Assembly (NCBI GenBank): GCA_963666485.2
Contig: CAXXUO010000008.1
Coordinates: 96,001-160,000 of the forward strand
Direction: 5' to 3'
DNA length: 64,000 bases
Origin: Syntrophorhabdaceae bacterium
GTDB lineage: Bacteria; Desulfobacterota; Syntrophorhabdia; Syntrophorhabdales; Syntrophorhabdaceae
Of the stretch, positions 33,172-42,083 are shown piece by piece. The position numbers were made by a program, and so were the translations under genes. The notes under the pieces were generated by a model. That model saw nothing but the letters and a program-made list of their open reading frames with translations. It made no database searches and was not told where the DNA came from. Within the stretch, counting starts at the first letter, position 1. Each line of letters starts with the position of its first letter.

Positions 33172-33645
33172 ATGAACAAAAAACGTCTTATATTGCTGGG
33201 TGTCGTTGCCGTTATTATTGCTGCCGCCATCGGTGTCGGTCTCGGAAAATACCTCGGCAGATCATCGGTGGGACCAACCAGGGCCACACCGCAGGATATC
33301 GAAAAAGAATTGATCCAGGGGCTTGAAAACGGGGCTAAACAAATAAAGACGCCGATGATGGTCGACGAAGATACGAGGTTGGAAAAAGTCACGGTTGGAC
33401 CGGGCCCGCGCGTTACCTATCATTACACCATCGTCAAGCATCCATCCCAAAAGATCGATCCCTCGATACTGCGCCGGAACCTGTATCCTGAAATAAGAAA
33501 TAAAGTGTGCACCGGCGAAAAAATGCAAGTCTCCCTGCAGTATGGTGCGGCCTATACGTACTCTTATTCAGGAAATGACGGCGTTCATGTGGGAAGCGTT
33601 GACATTGATCGGGATGTCTGCGGTTTGCCAAAAATATCGCCCTGA
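33172..33645 (+). CDS. Membrane-anchored hypothetical protein resembling the PA3611/AspS pilotin-like family
   Basis: N-terminal TM; PMMVDEDTRL, VTYHYT, KVC...LQYGAAYTYSY and a terminal Cys; family call from memory. Confidence 0.6.
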   Translation: MNKKRLILLGVVAVIIAAAIGVGLGKYLGRSSVGPTRATPQDIEKELIQGLENGAKQIKTPMMVDEDTRLEKVTVGPGPRVTYHYTIVKHPSQKIDPSILRRNLYPEIRNKVCTGEKMQVSLQYGAAYTYSYSGNDGVHVGSVDIDRDVCGLPKISP

Positions 33646-33673
33646 TTTGCATCAGTCCCCCTATGATCACACG

Positions 33674-33714
33674 TTGACGAATACATAAAATAGGTGTATA
33701 ATTATGTGTATTCG
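33674..33714 (+). promoter_or_regulatory. sigma70 promoter and inverted-repeat operator of the TA operon
   Basis: TTGACG, 17 nt, TATAAT (33697-33702); CGAATACA (33678) and TGTATTCG (33707-14) flank the -10. Confidence 0.75.
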
Positions 33715-33723
33715 AGGTGACAT

Positions 33724-33948
33724 ATGCAAACACGACACAATATAACCCTGGATAAAGACATCTCGCGGGAACTGGAAACAATAGCCGGCGAACTCGGGGA
33801 GAAGAAGAGCTCGATCATTGAGAAGGCGTTAACGGCTTATTTCGATTTTCTGGACCTTGAGCTGGTCAAGAAGCGGATGAAGGACCTTGAGGAAGGCAGA
33901 GACGAAGTAATTGACGCGGATGACGTGTGGAAAGAACTTGGGATCTAA
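33724..33948 (+). CDS. Ribbon-helix-helix antitoxin
   Basis: RHNITLD..I..ELE.IA...KSSIIEKAL with acidic C-terminus [10 protein letters not shown]; precedes the toxin. Confidence 0.85.
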   Translation: MQTRHNITLDKDISRELETIAGELGEKKSSIIEKALTAYFDFLDLELVKKRMKDLEEGRDEVIDADDVWKELGI

Positions 33949-34213
33949 GGCCAGATATGCCCTGAGATTCACGAGGAGCGCCTCCCGGGACCTCGGAAGG
34001 ATCGACCTTCCTTTCCAAAAGATAATCAAAGAGAAGTTGCTCATTCTGGCCAGCAGCCCGGCGGCGCTTGCCAACAACATCACCAGGCTCACAAATACCG
34101 AATACTACAGGCTCCGGGTCGGCAGCTATCGTGTCATTTTTGAGAAAAGAGAAAAGGAGCTCGTGATCCTTGTGGTCCGGATCGGGCACCGCAGTGAAGT
34201 TTATAACCGATAG
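33938..34213 (+). CDS. RelE/ParE family toxin
   Basis: [12 protein letters not shown]...[13 protein letters not shown] start overlapping the antitoxin end. Confidence 0.9.
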   Translation: MGSKARYALRFTRSASRDLGRIDLPFQKIIKEKLLILASSPAALANNITRLTNTEYYRLRVGSYRVIFEKREKELVILVVRIGHRSEVYNR

Positions 34214-34398
34214 CGGTACCAGCAACGTTTCACGGACCTAAATAAATATCTCCCAATCTGCACACAGGAATGAAACGTTCAGGCTCTCATAACTAAAACA
34301 TTAAGAATATCTAACAACTTACGATAACTACAATTATGGGGGAAGGCCTGCGGGGTACATGGCGGCAGTTCTCTTCATCTTATGGGAAAGGAGAAATT

Positions 34399-36684
34399 AT
34401 GCAGTTTGACGTTATCCTCGATTTTCCCGACGGACATATTGAAGAAGCAATATTGGCCCGGCCCTTCAATCCCGAAGACAGGGCCGCACATGTTCTGTCC
34501 GGCGACGGGGACGGGACAAAGGTGATCCCGCTTTCCGAACTGTGCTGCGTCCTGATGCAGAAAAATGGTTTTTCGGTACCGGGAGCTGAACATTCGCTCG
34601 AAGTCATCACAGTCACGTCCGACAAGCATTATCACGTGGCAATCCCGAACGGGCAGCAGGTCAAAGCCGGGTTTTACGGCGTAGCGAATGAGACGGACAG
34701 CCCTTACAACCTCATCTTCTTTACCTACTCCGGGGTAAGCTCCCGGGAAGATCTTGCCCCCATCGGGAAAATGCTCGAAGAGAATAACTTCGTTACATCT
34801 TTTGAAATAGAAAAGGTACTGGAAGAACAAAAGGCCCTCAGGCAGAAGAAGCTGGGGGCGATCATTGCGGAAGAGCAAGGCGTTCCGCAGAGGAATATTG
34901 AGAATGCGATAGATACCGCCTACCGGGAAGGCAGGATCTCCGAGAGCATGAAGATCGGGGACATTCTTGTAGAAGCCGGTCTCGTAACGAAAGATCAAGT
35001 GGAGACCGCCTTCGCCAGCCAGGTGAAAGGCAGGAAAAAGAGGATTGGCGATCTCCTGGTCGAAAAAGGCCTTATAACAGAGGAGCAGCTTGTAAGGACC
35101 CTGGCCGTCAAGTTCCACATCCCCTTTGTCGATCTTGAAAAGATCACCCCTTCACAGCCGGCGCTCGATCTGCTGCCGGCAGACATGGTCCATAAGCTGA
35201 GGATATTTCCCGTCGAAGATAACGGCGAGAGGATAACGATCGCGACGTCGGAACCGACCGACCTCACGGTCTATGACACCCTGCGCTTCTACTTCCACGG
35301 AAAAAGATACGTGGACCTTGTCGTTGCCGTGCCCCGGCAGATATCGGCGGCGATCCTGAAACATTACCAGAAGGACGCATACGTTATTGAGGATATCATC
35401 AGCGATATGACCGAGACGGTCCTTTACGATGACAGCCCGGCAAAAGAGGCAGGCACCATCTCGGATTCCGACTCCCAGGTCGTAGCGCTTGTAAACAGGA
35501 TACTGATCGACGGTCACGGCAAAGACGCGTCCGATATACATTTCGAGCCCGGAGGCCGGGGCCAGCCCGTCGAAGTGCGCTATCGGATCGACGGAACATG
35601 CCGGCTGGTCCATAAGATCCCCCGCTCACACAAGAATGCCATAATCTCCCGGATAAAGATCATGGCCAACCTGGACTTCTCCGAGAAGCGCAAGCCCCAG
35701 AGCGGGAAAATAGTTTTATGGAACGCCGGACGACAGATCGAGTACCGGGTCGAGACCACCCCGACAATTGGAGGGAACGAGGATGCCGTGCTGAGGATCC
35801 TGCCGCATTCAGACCCCCTGCCCCTTTCCAGGATGGATTTCTCCGCATCAAATCTCGAGATCATGAAGGGAATGCTTTCCCAGCCGTACGGCCTTATTCT
35901 GTGCGTGGGGCCGACGGGCTCGGGTAAGACGACCATGCTTCACGGCGCTTTGAAACATCTCAATAAGCCCGAGGTGAAGATCTGGACGATCGAGGACCCC
36001 GTTGAGATCACACAAAAAGGCCTTCGACAGGTGCAAGCCGCCCCGAAGATCGGCTTGACCTTCAGCGAAGCCCTGCGATCATTCCTCAGGTCCGATCCCG
36101 ATATTATCATGGTCGGTGAAATGCGCGACCCCGAAACGGCAAAGACGGCCATCGACGCCTCCCTGACGGGCCATCTCGTGTTGAGCACCCTTCATACGAA
36201 CAGCGCCCCTGAAACGCTGGTCCGTCTCGTTCAAATGGGACTCGACCCTGTAAATTTTGCCGATTCCATTCTTGGAGTGCTTGCACAACGTCTTGCCCGG
36301 CGCGTTTGTAACAAATGTGGTACGTCATATCACCCGGACAGGTCAGAATACGACAGGCTGGTAGACTTATGCGGAAAGGCCGGTTTCGAACAACACATCA
36401 ATGTCCCGTACTCACCGGCCCTGAGCTTCAGAAAGGCCGTCGGCTGCGAAGCCTGCAGCGGGACAGGCTACAAGGGACGCATCGCCGTTCATGAATTGCT
36501 CGAAGGAACCACGCAGATCAAGGACCTCATACGAAGGAACGCGGGCCTCGATGAGCTGAAAGCCCTGGCCATAAAACAGGGAATGACCACCCTTTTAATT
36601 GACGGCGTCCAAAAGGTCATCAACGGGTCTACTGACCTGCCTGAGATCATGCGGGTATGCCGTTACGAAAGGACCGGGAACTAG
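34399..36684 (+). CDS. GspE/PilB family secretion ATPase with MshEN-type N-terminal repeats
   Basis: ASDIHFEP, GPTGSGKTT, EDPVE, LRSDPDIIMVGEMRD, TLHTN, CNKC/CEAC; ATG after AAGGAG. Confidence 0.93.
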   Translation: MQFDVILDFPDGHIEEAILARPFNPEDRAAHVLSGDGDGTKVIPLSELCCVLMQKNGFSVPGAEHSLEVITVTSDKHYHVAIPNGQQVKAGFYGVANETDSPYNLIFFTYSGVSSREDLAPIGKMLEENNFVTSFEIEKVLEEQKALRQKKLGAIIAEEQGVPQRNIENAIDTAYREGRISESMKIGDILVEAGLVTKDQVETAFASQVKGRKKRIGDLLVEKGLITEEQLVRTLAVKFHIPFVDLEKITPSQPALDLLPADMVHKLRIFPVEDNGERITIATSEPTDLTVYDTLRFYFHGKRYVDLVVAVPRQISAAILKHYQKDAYVIEDIISDMTETVLYDDSPAKEAGTISDSDSQVVALVNRILIDGHGKDASDIHFEPGGRGQPVEVRYRIDGTCRLVHKIPRSHKNAIISRIKIMANLDFSEKRKPQSGKIVLWNAGRQIEYRVETTPTIGGNEDAVLRILPHSDPLPLSRMDFSASNLEIMKGMLSQPYGLILCVGPTGSGKTTMLHGALKHLNKPEVKIWTIEDPVEITQKGLRQVQAAPKIGLTFSEALRSFLRSDPDIIMVGEMRDPETAKTAIDASLTGHLVLSTLHTNSAPETLVRLVQMGLDPVNFADSILGVLAQRLARRVCNKCGTSYHPDRSEYDRLVDLCGKAGFEQHINVPYSPALSFRKAVGCEACSGTGYKGRIAVHELLEGTTQIKDLIRRNAGLDELKALAIKQGMTTLLIDGVQKVINGSTDLPEIMRVCRYERTGN

Positions 36685-36930
36685 TACCCCTATTCTGAAG
36701 GCCTCCCGGCAGGCACGAGGCCTTTTCCCTTTAACCTCTTGTATTTTATGTAATCCGTAAAAGCAATGCTAAACAGTACCGGTGTTCCGTGGAATGCCAT
36801 CGGTATAACATCCCGAAACAACTGACTATTACCGGCAAAGATGTCAACCTGTACCCCGGGCTGACAACGATGTCGCAGGAAACATGCCGACTGCCCGAAA
36901 GTGGTGTATACTTTCTTTGTGGAGGTTAAC

Positions 36931-37143
36931 ATGAGACCACTTAAGAACTCGTCGACAACCAAACTGGACCCGCGGGGCATGAAAGCGCGGAAGGACTGGA
37001 TGGAACACTTCGCAAAGGCTTCGAATCAATACCTGGAGCCGGGCATGGTAAAACGTTCTTTAAAGTCGTGGCAAAGCGTGTCAAGGAGCGGTCTGCGTCC
37101 CCCGAAACTCACGCCCAGGCACACGGGAGGACAACGGGGCTAG
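36931..37143 (+). CDS. Small basic hypothetical protein
   Basis: GGAGG 6 nt before the ATG; no family recognised. Confidence 0.3.
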   Translation: MRPLKNSSTTKLDPRGMKARKDWMEHFAKASNQYLEPGMVKRSLKSWQSVSRSGLRPPKLTPRHTGGQRG

Positions 37144-37220
37144 ATCTCTCGAATGAGAAAGAACTGTCTATTTTAGGGCCGCAAAGGCAATGTGCCGGTG
37201 CGAGACAATGCCCGATAATT

Positions 37221-39203
37221 TTAAATATTGACCCTGATCGGCAGAATAACCGTCGGGATGCCTTCCCATTGAAGCCGTCTCTGGAGTGCATTGGCCGTCT
37301 CATTGTGGAGGACCCTCTGGAACGGGTTCTCCTTCTTGAAGATCAGCTTGCCCGTGAACACGGTCGATCGCGGGAATTCTTTCACCGTCTTTTCGACAAG
37401 TTCCGTGACGGAATCGATCACATCCGTCGCTACCTCCGTCCGGTAATCGGCAGGGAACCCGTGGGCCCTGGTGACCTTGATATATTTCTCGAGGTCCTTC
37501 TTTACCGATGCCTGCAGGGCCTTGATCTCGGCAAGCCCCTTGAAAGACCCCGAATCCACCTCGGCCACGGAGATGAAAATGAAGTTCTTATAGATGCCCG
37601 GGAAATGCTGAACGATGGAAAGCAGTGTGTGGAGCCCAAACCCGTTGAAACTGCTGACGAGCAGTATCGCGGTCATGTCTTTGGGATTCACCGGGTCGTT
37701 GTTGAAGGCCCCGACAGCCGGGATATCGGACAGGATGTTTTCCAGGTGCCGTACGCTGTCCCGGACCTTTGCGTAATGCCTGCGGATGAGATAGCACAGC
37801 GCCATAACCGCAGATGTAATGACTATCGTGACCCAACCCCCTTCGCCGAACTTCTCGAATACTGTCACACACAGGATGGTGAGGCAGAGGATAAGCCCGA
37901 TCACGTGGATAACGAGATGCTGCCTCCACCGGGCATCCTTCTCCTTGTTCTTCAGGAAGAACCGGATCATGCCGAATTGTGACAGCGAGAACGTCACGAA
38001 AACATTGATCGAGTACATAACCACGAGGGCAGTGATCGAACCTTTCGTGTATATGAGAAGGGCGATGGCCGCTGCACCCATCAGGATGACGCCGTTCTGC
38101 ATGGTAAGCCGCTCGGAGAGGGACGCGAATTTGCGGGGGAACCACGAATCGATCGCCATGTTCGACATAACCCGGGGACCGTCGATGAAACCTGTCTGCG
38201 CCCCCACGATCAGGAGTGCCCCTTCCGACAGTATTGTGACGAGGGCGATCACCCCGCCCAAGGGCCAGCCCGAGAAAACCGCCCCGGCCAGTATGGCGTT
38301 GAGCGTCTGTCCTTCTGCCGGCCTGATCCTGAAAAGAAGGTAACAGACAAGGAGCCCGCCGGCCGTGATGGCAAGCGACGACGCCATGTATACCATGGTC
38401 CGTTTACCGGTGTGCACCCGTGGCTCCCGCATGATCTGCATCCCGTTCGAGACTGCCTCGATCCCCGTGTATGTTCCGGCACCCATGGAGAACGCCCGCA
38501 GGAAGATGGCGAGGACCCCGATGAACCCTATAGTCCTGAGGTCGGAACCAAGGCTGGTGTTGATGTCGTGCAAAACCGGTTTTACCTGCCCGACGTGAGT
38601 GAATATCCCGTAACCGATGAGAAGGGCATGCGTTGCAACGAATATTATGAAGATAGGGGCGAGAAAAACGACAGATTCCTTGACGCCCCTCAAGTTCAGG
38701 ACGACAAGCACGACGATCAGGAACGCTACGAAGGCCAGCTTGTACTTCTGGAACGAAAGAGGGAGGAAACTGAACAACGCGTCGCCGCATGACACGAGCG
38801 AGACCGCGATGGTGAGCATGTAGTCGACGAGAAGAGCGCACCCCGAAACGACACCGGCCGACTTGCTGATCGTGTGCGTGGAAACGATATACCCGCCGCC
38901 CCCGTGGGGGAAATGCTCGATGATCCTCGAATACGCGTAGGAAATGATGATGACCGTGAAGGCCGTCGCCACCGCCAGGAATACTGCCAGGTACGTGTGC
39001 TGGCCGAGCGTCCGGAACGCTTCCTCCGGGCCGTAGGATGAAGATGAAAGACCGTCCGCGCCGAGACCGATCCATGCGAGGATCGGTATCAGGGAAAGTT
39101 TATGGAATATAGAGGGTTCCTTGATGTCCCGCGGGGAGCCTATGATCGTGCGCTTTGTCTTTTCGAGTATGCTCTCTGGTCTTTCGGGGAAATCTTCCTG
39201 CAT
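37221..39203 (-). CDS. APC-superfamily transporter, KimA/YdaO-like (probable K+ uptake)
   Basis: DGLSSSSYGPEE, FPHGGGGY, LLVDY.LT, NLRGVKES, TGIEAVSNG, cytoplasmic C-terminal domain with LHN; lies in the kdp locus. Confidence 0.82.
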   Translation of the reverse strand: MQEDFPERPESILEKTKRTIIGSPRDIKEPSIFHKLSLIPILAWIGLGADGLSSSSYGPEEAFRTLGQHTYLAVFLAVATAFTVIIISYAYSRIIEHFPHGGGGYIVSTHTISKSAGVVSGCALLVDYMLTIAVSLVSCGDALFSFLPLSFQKYKLAFVAFLIVVLVVLNLRGVKESVVFLAPIFIIFVATHALLIGYGIFTHVGQVKPVLHDINTSLGSDLRTIGFIGVLAIFLRAFSMGAGTYTGIEAVSNGMQIMREPRVHTGKRTMVYMASSLAITAGGLLVCYLLFRIRPAEGQTLNAILAGAVFSGWPLGGVIALVTILSEGALLIVGAQTGFIDGPRVMSNMAIDSWFPRKFASLSERLTMQNGVILMGAAAIALLIYTKGSITALVVMYSINVFVTFSLSQFGMIRFFLKNKEKDARWRQHLVIHVIGLILCLTILCVTVFEKFGEGGWVTIVITSAVMALCYLIRRHYAKVRDSVRHLENILSDIPAVGAFNNDPVNPKDMTAILLVSSFNGFGLHTLLSIVQHFPGIYKNFIFISVAEVDSGSFKGLAEIKALQASVKKDLEKYIKVTRAHGFPADYRTEVATDVIDSVTELVEKTVKEFPRSTVFTGKLIFKKENPFQRVLHNETANALQRRLQWEGIPTVILPIRVNI

Positions 39204-39207
39204 GGGT

Positions 39208-39696
39208 TCAAGCTCCTACCACAAGCACCGAGCTATGGGACCCTTTCCTCACTTTTGCCGTAATGCTCCGAAATAGAGTGAATAGAGAATACCCTTCCCT
39301 GCGCCTGGACATGATAATGAGGTCCGGCCCGCTTTCCGCTTCGGCGTTCAGGATCGCTTCGTGGACCTTTCCTTTCTTTACGCTCTGTACTATCTCGACA
39401 TCCCGCGCCCCGGGGATGCGGGCAACCTGCTCCTGCATCATTCTCCGTTCGCTCGTCCCGTCACCGAACCGCAGGACATGGAGAAGTTCGATCGACGCGT
39501 TCTGCTGTTTCGCCAGATCGATCGCCAACTGCAGCGCAGCATCCGAGTATTCCGAGAAATTCGTCGGCACCAGTATCCTGTTTATACCCTTTCCATTGGT
39601 ACCGGCAAAGGGCGACACTGCCTCCAGACCGAAACGGGCTGTAACACTGTCGAAGCCGTTCACTGTCATCCCGGAGCTCATAATCTTTTGCCTCAC
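39208..39696 (-). CDS. Universal stress protein
   Basis: ILVPTNFS..S..AL, LLHV, DLIIM, SVLVV. Confidence 0.85.
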   Translation of the reverse strand: MRQKIMSSGMTVNGFDSVTARFGLEAVSPFAGTNGKGINRILVPTNFSEYSDAALQLAIDLAKQQNASIELLHVLRFGDGTSERRMMQEQVARIPGARDVEIVQSVKKGKVHEAILNAEAESGPDLIIMSRRREGYSLFTLFRSITAKVRKGSHSSVLVVGA

Positions 39697-39748
39697 TATG
39701 AATGTAGGCTTTCGGGCATAAATTGGGCGTTAAAAGATCCATAGATCA

Positions 39749-39765
39749 TATAAAAAAAATGTAAA
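39749..39765 (-). promoter_or_regulatory. KdpE-type box upstream of usp and the KimA-like gene
   Basis: Minus strand TTTACA-TTTTT-TTTATA; same two hexamers and spacing as the E. coli KdpE site, in reversed order. Confidence 0.55.
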
Positions 39766-39811
39766 GATGCTTTGTGATAATGGAAAGGCTTTGTCCGGGC
39801 AGCGGCAGGCC

Positions 39812-41482
39812 CTACGTGGTTTCCCGGTGCGGCCCGCTCCACAGGGCCAGGGCATCATGTATGTCGTCCGCTGTAAAAGCGCCGTCCATTGCCTTGAGAA
39901 ATGTCCGGTCCTGAAAAACGCGGCTTACCTCCGCGAGGATCTCTATCTGGACCTCCGGCCTTGCAGCGGGGGTGAGCGAAAGCACTATATAGCCTGCAGG
40001 CCGGCTGTCTTCCCCGGTGACCCCTCCACGGACGACCCCCAGGGCTGCGCCCGGCGCACGAAGGTTTTCGAGCCGTGCGTGGGGAATGGCGAGGCCTTCA
40101 TTGAGGAAGGTAGACCCTTCCGACTCGCGCGCCATTATCGCCTGCAACGCAGACGCCTCACTGCAGCCCGGAAGGTCCCTGCATGCCATGTGGACAAGTA
40201 CCCGGATGGCTTCAACTTTTGAGACAGGGTCATCCCAGAACACGACGTTGCGTCCGATCAGATCGTTTATCGCCACCTTGCGCGCCCTGGGCCCGGCCGC
40301 CTCTGTCGGCGCCTCTTCCCCAACTATTTCAACCGGTGTCCTCATCGCGGGAACGGACGCTGTATCCACCACCACGACTGCCACATTATTCGCTTTGTCG
40401 ATCAGGCGATGTACCAGGCTCTTTCCGCCCGCTACCCGCCTCCAGAGAGACCGTCTTGCGGGGGAACCCACCACAATATGCCCGACACGGTACTCCTTTG
40501 CAAAACGGAGTATGGTGTCGGCCACATCTTCACCTTTATATGTGAAGACCGTCGCCCCCAACTGCTTCGCGATGGTGAGGGTGTTTGAGATAAGACGCTG
40601 GGTCAACGGGTCGACCGCGGTTGCCGCCTCTTCCGACGTTTGCACGTATACCGCGTACCAGTTCCTGTTAAGCCGCCCGGCAAGGCGGGAGCCGTACCTG
40701 AGGAGCATTTCGCTGTTGGGCCCCCGCGAGCTCAGGCACACCATCACCTGGTCGGGGGTGGGTGCGATCTCTTCATCCAGGGCCTCCCGCCGCCTCAGGT
40801 CGATCTGTGACGCCAGTTCCCTCAAGGTCATCTCCCGGAGCTGTTCCAGGTTCGACAGGGTGAAAAAATTTGAAAGAGCCGTTTTGACACGCTCTTCAGG
40901 ATAGATCTTCCCGTCTTCGAGACGCTGACGGAGGTCCTCCTCCGAAACGTCGACGTTGATGATCTCGTCGGCCCCGGCCAGGATATTGTCCGGCAGACGC
41001 TCGCGCACGGCGACCCCAAGACCCCGCTCCACCGTGTTGTAAAGGCTTTCGAGGTGCTGGATGTTGACCGTGGTGATCACGTGGATGCCGGCGGCGAGAA
41101 TGTCGTCTACATCCTGGTAGCGCTTGGGGTTCGAGGTCCCCGGAACGTTGGTATGGGCAAGCTCGTCGACAAGGGCGACCTCCGGCTTGCGGGCAATGAG
41201 CGCATTAAGATCCATCTCCCCGACAACAATGCCGTGGTATTCATACTCAAGCCTCGGAACGACCTCGAGCCCTTCCATGAGGCGCGCCGTATCCGGCCGC
41301 CCGTGCGTCTCGACGAGCCCGATGACCACGTCGATCCCTTCCTCTTTGAGCCTGTGGCCCTCGAGGAGCATCTGGTAGGTCTTGCCCACGCCGGCGGCAT
41401 ACCCGAGATAGACCTTGAGCCTGCCGCGCCGCGACCGCTGGATCAACCTTAGGAAATCGTCCGCCCTGTCAGCCCGTTCCAT
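39812..41482 (-). CDS. KdpD N-terminal domain + USP domain + C-terminal PTS EIIA domain (no kinase)
   Basis: GYAAGVGKT, VDELAHTN, KRYQDV, NIQHLESL; USP VMVCLS...HIVVG; EIIA ARESEGST..EGLAIPHAR. Confidence 0.9.
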   Translation of the reverse strand: MERADRADDFLRLIQRSRRGRLKVYLGYAAGVGKTYQMLLEGHRLKEEGIDVVIGLVETHGRPDTARLMEGLEVVPRLEYEYHGIVVGEMDLNALIARKPEVALVDELAHTNVPGTSNPKRYQDVDDILAAGIHVITTVNIQHLESLYNTVERGLGVAVRERLPDNILAGADEIINVDVSEEDLRQRLEDGKIYPEERVKTALSNFFTLSNLEQLREMTLRELASQIDLRRREALDEEIAPTPDQVMVCLSSRGPNSEMLLRYGSRLAGRLNRNWYAVYVQTSEEAATAVDPLTQRLISNTLTIAKQLGATVFTYKGEDVADTILRFAKEYRVGHIVVGSPARRSLWRRVAGGKSLVHRLIDKANNVAVVVVDTASVPAMRTPVEIVGEEAPTEAAGPRARKVAINDLIGRNVVFWDDPVSKVEAIRVLVHMACRDLPGCSEASALQAIMARESEGSTFLNEGLAIPHARLENLRAPGAALGVVRGGVTGEDSRPAGYIVLSLTPAARPEVQIEILAEVSRVFQDRTFLKAMDGAFTADDIHDALALWSGPHRETT

Positions 41483-41485
41483 GTT

Positions 41486-42067
41486 CTAGATCCTCCCGTC
41501 CAGGGCACAATTCAGGGTAAGGACGTTGACGCGGGGTTCCCCGAATATCCCGAAGGTCCGTTCCTCGGTGTGTTGCCCGATCTTCTGAAGGACGGCCCTT
41601 TCAGTCATGCCCCGTTCGCGCGCGACCCTTTTCGCCTGGATGAGCGCATTTTTAAGGCTGATATGGGGATCGAGCCCGCTTGCCGATGCCGTGACGGCGT
41701 CCGCCGGAATGGGAACATCCGGCGCAAGGCCGTTCTCCTTCCGGTATTCGTCAACGCGCGCCTTCACTGTCTCGCTCAAGGTCCGCGACAGGGGGCCGAG
41801 ATTGCTTCCCCCCGATGCCTGCGCATCGTAACCTTTTCCCGCTGCTGACGGGCGCGGGTGAAAGTACTGCGGGCCCGCGAAACCCTGCGCCAGCAGCGTC
41901 GATCCGATCACCCTGCCCTCCGCCGTCAGGAGCGAACCGTTCGCTTTCCCGTTGAAGAACATCTGCCCGACGGCCCACGTGATCAGTGGGTATACCCCGC
42001 ACAGCAGGATGCCCAGCACAAGAATGCCGATGAGGCTGATCCTGATCTCCCGGAACAATGTGTTCAT
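41486..42067 (-). CDS. kdpC: K+-transporting ATPase subunit C
   Basis: KANGS, YFHPRPSA, SGGSNLGP, SASGLDPHIS, VNVLTLN. Confidence 0.97.
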   Translation of the reverse strand: MNTLFREIRISLIGILVLGILLCGVYPLITWAVGQMFFNGKANGSLLTAEGRVIGSTLLAQGFAGPQYFHPRPSAAGKGYDAQASGGSNLGPLSRTLSETVKARVDEYRKENGLAPDVPIPADAVTASASGLDPHISLKNALIQAKRVARERGMTERAVLQKIGQHTEERTFGIFGEPRVNVLTLNCALDGRI

Positions 42068-42083
42068 GACGCTTCTCTCCCGA

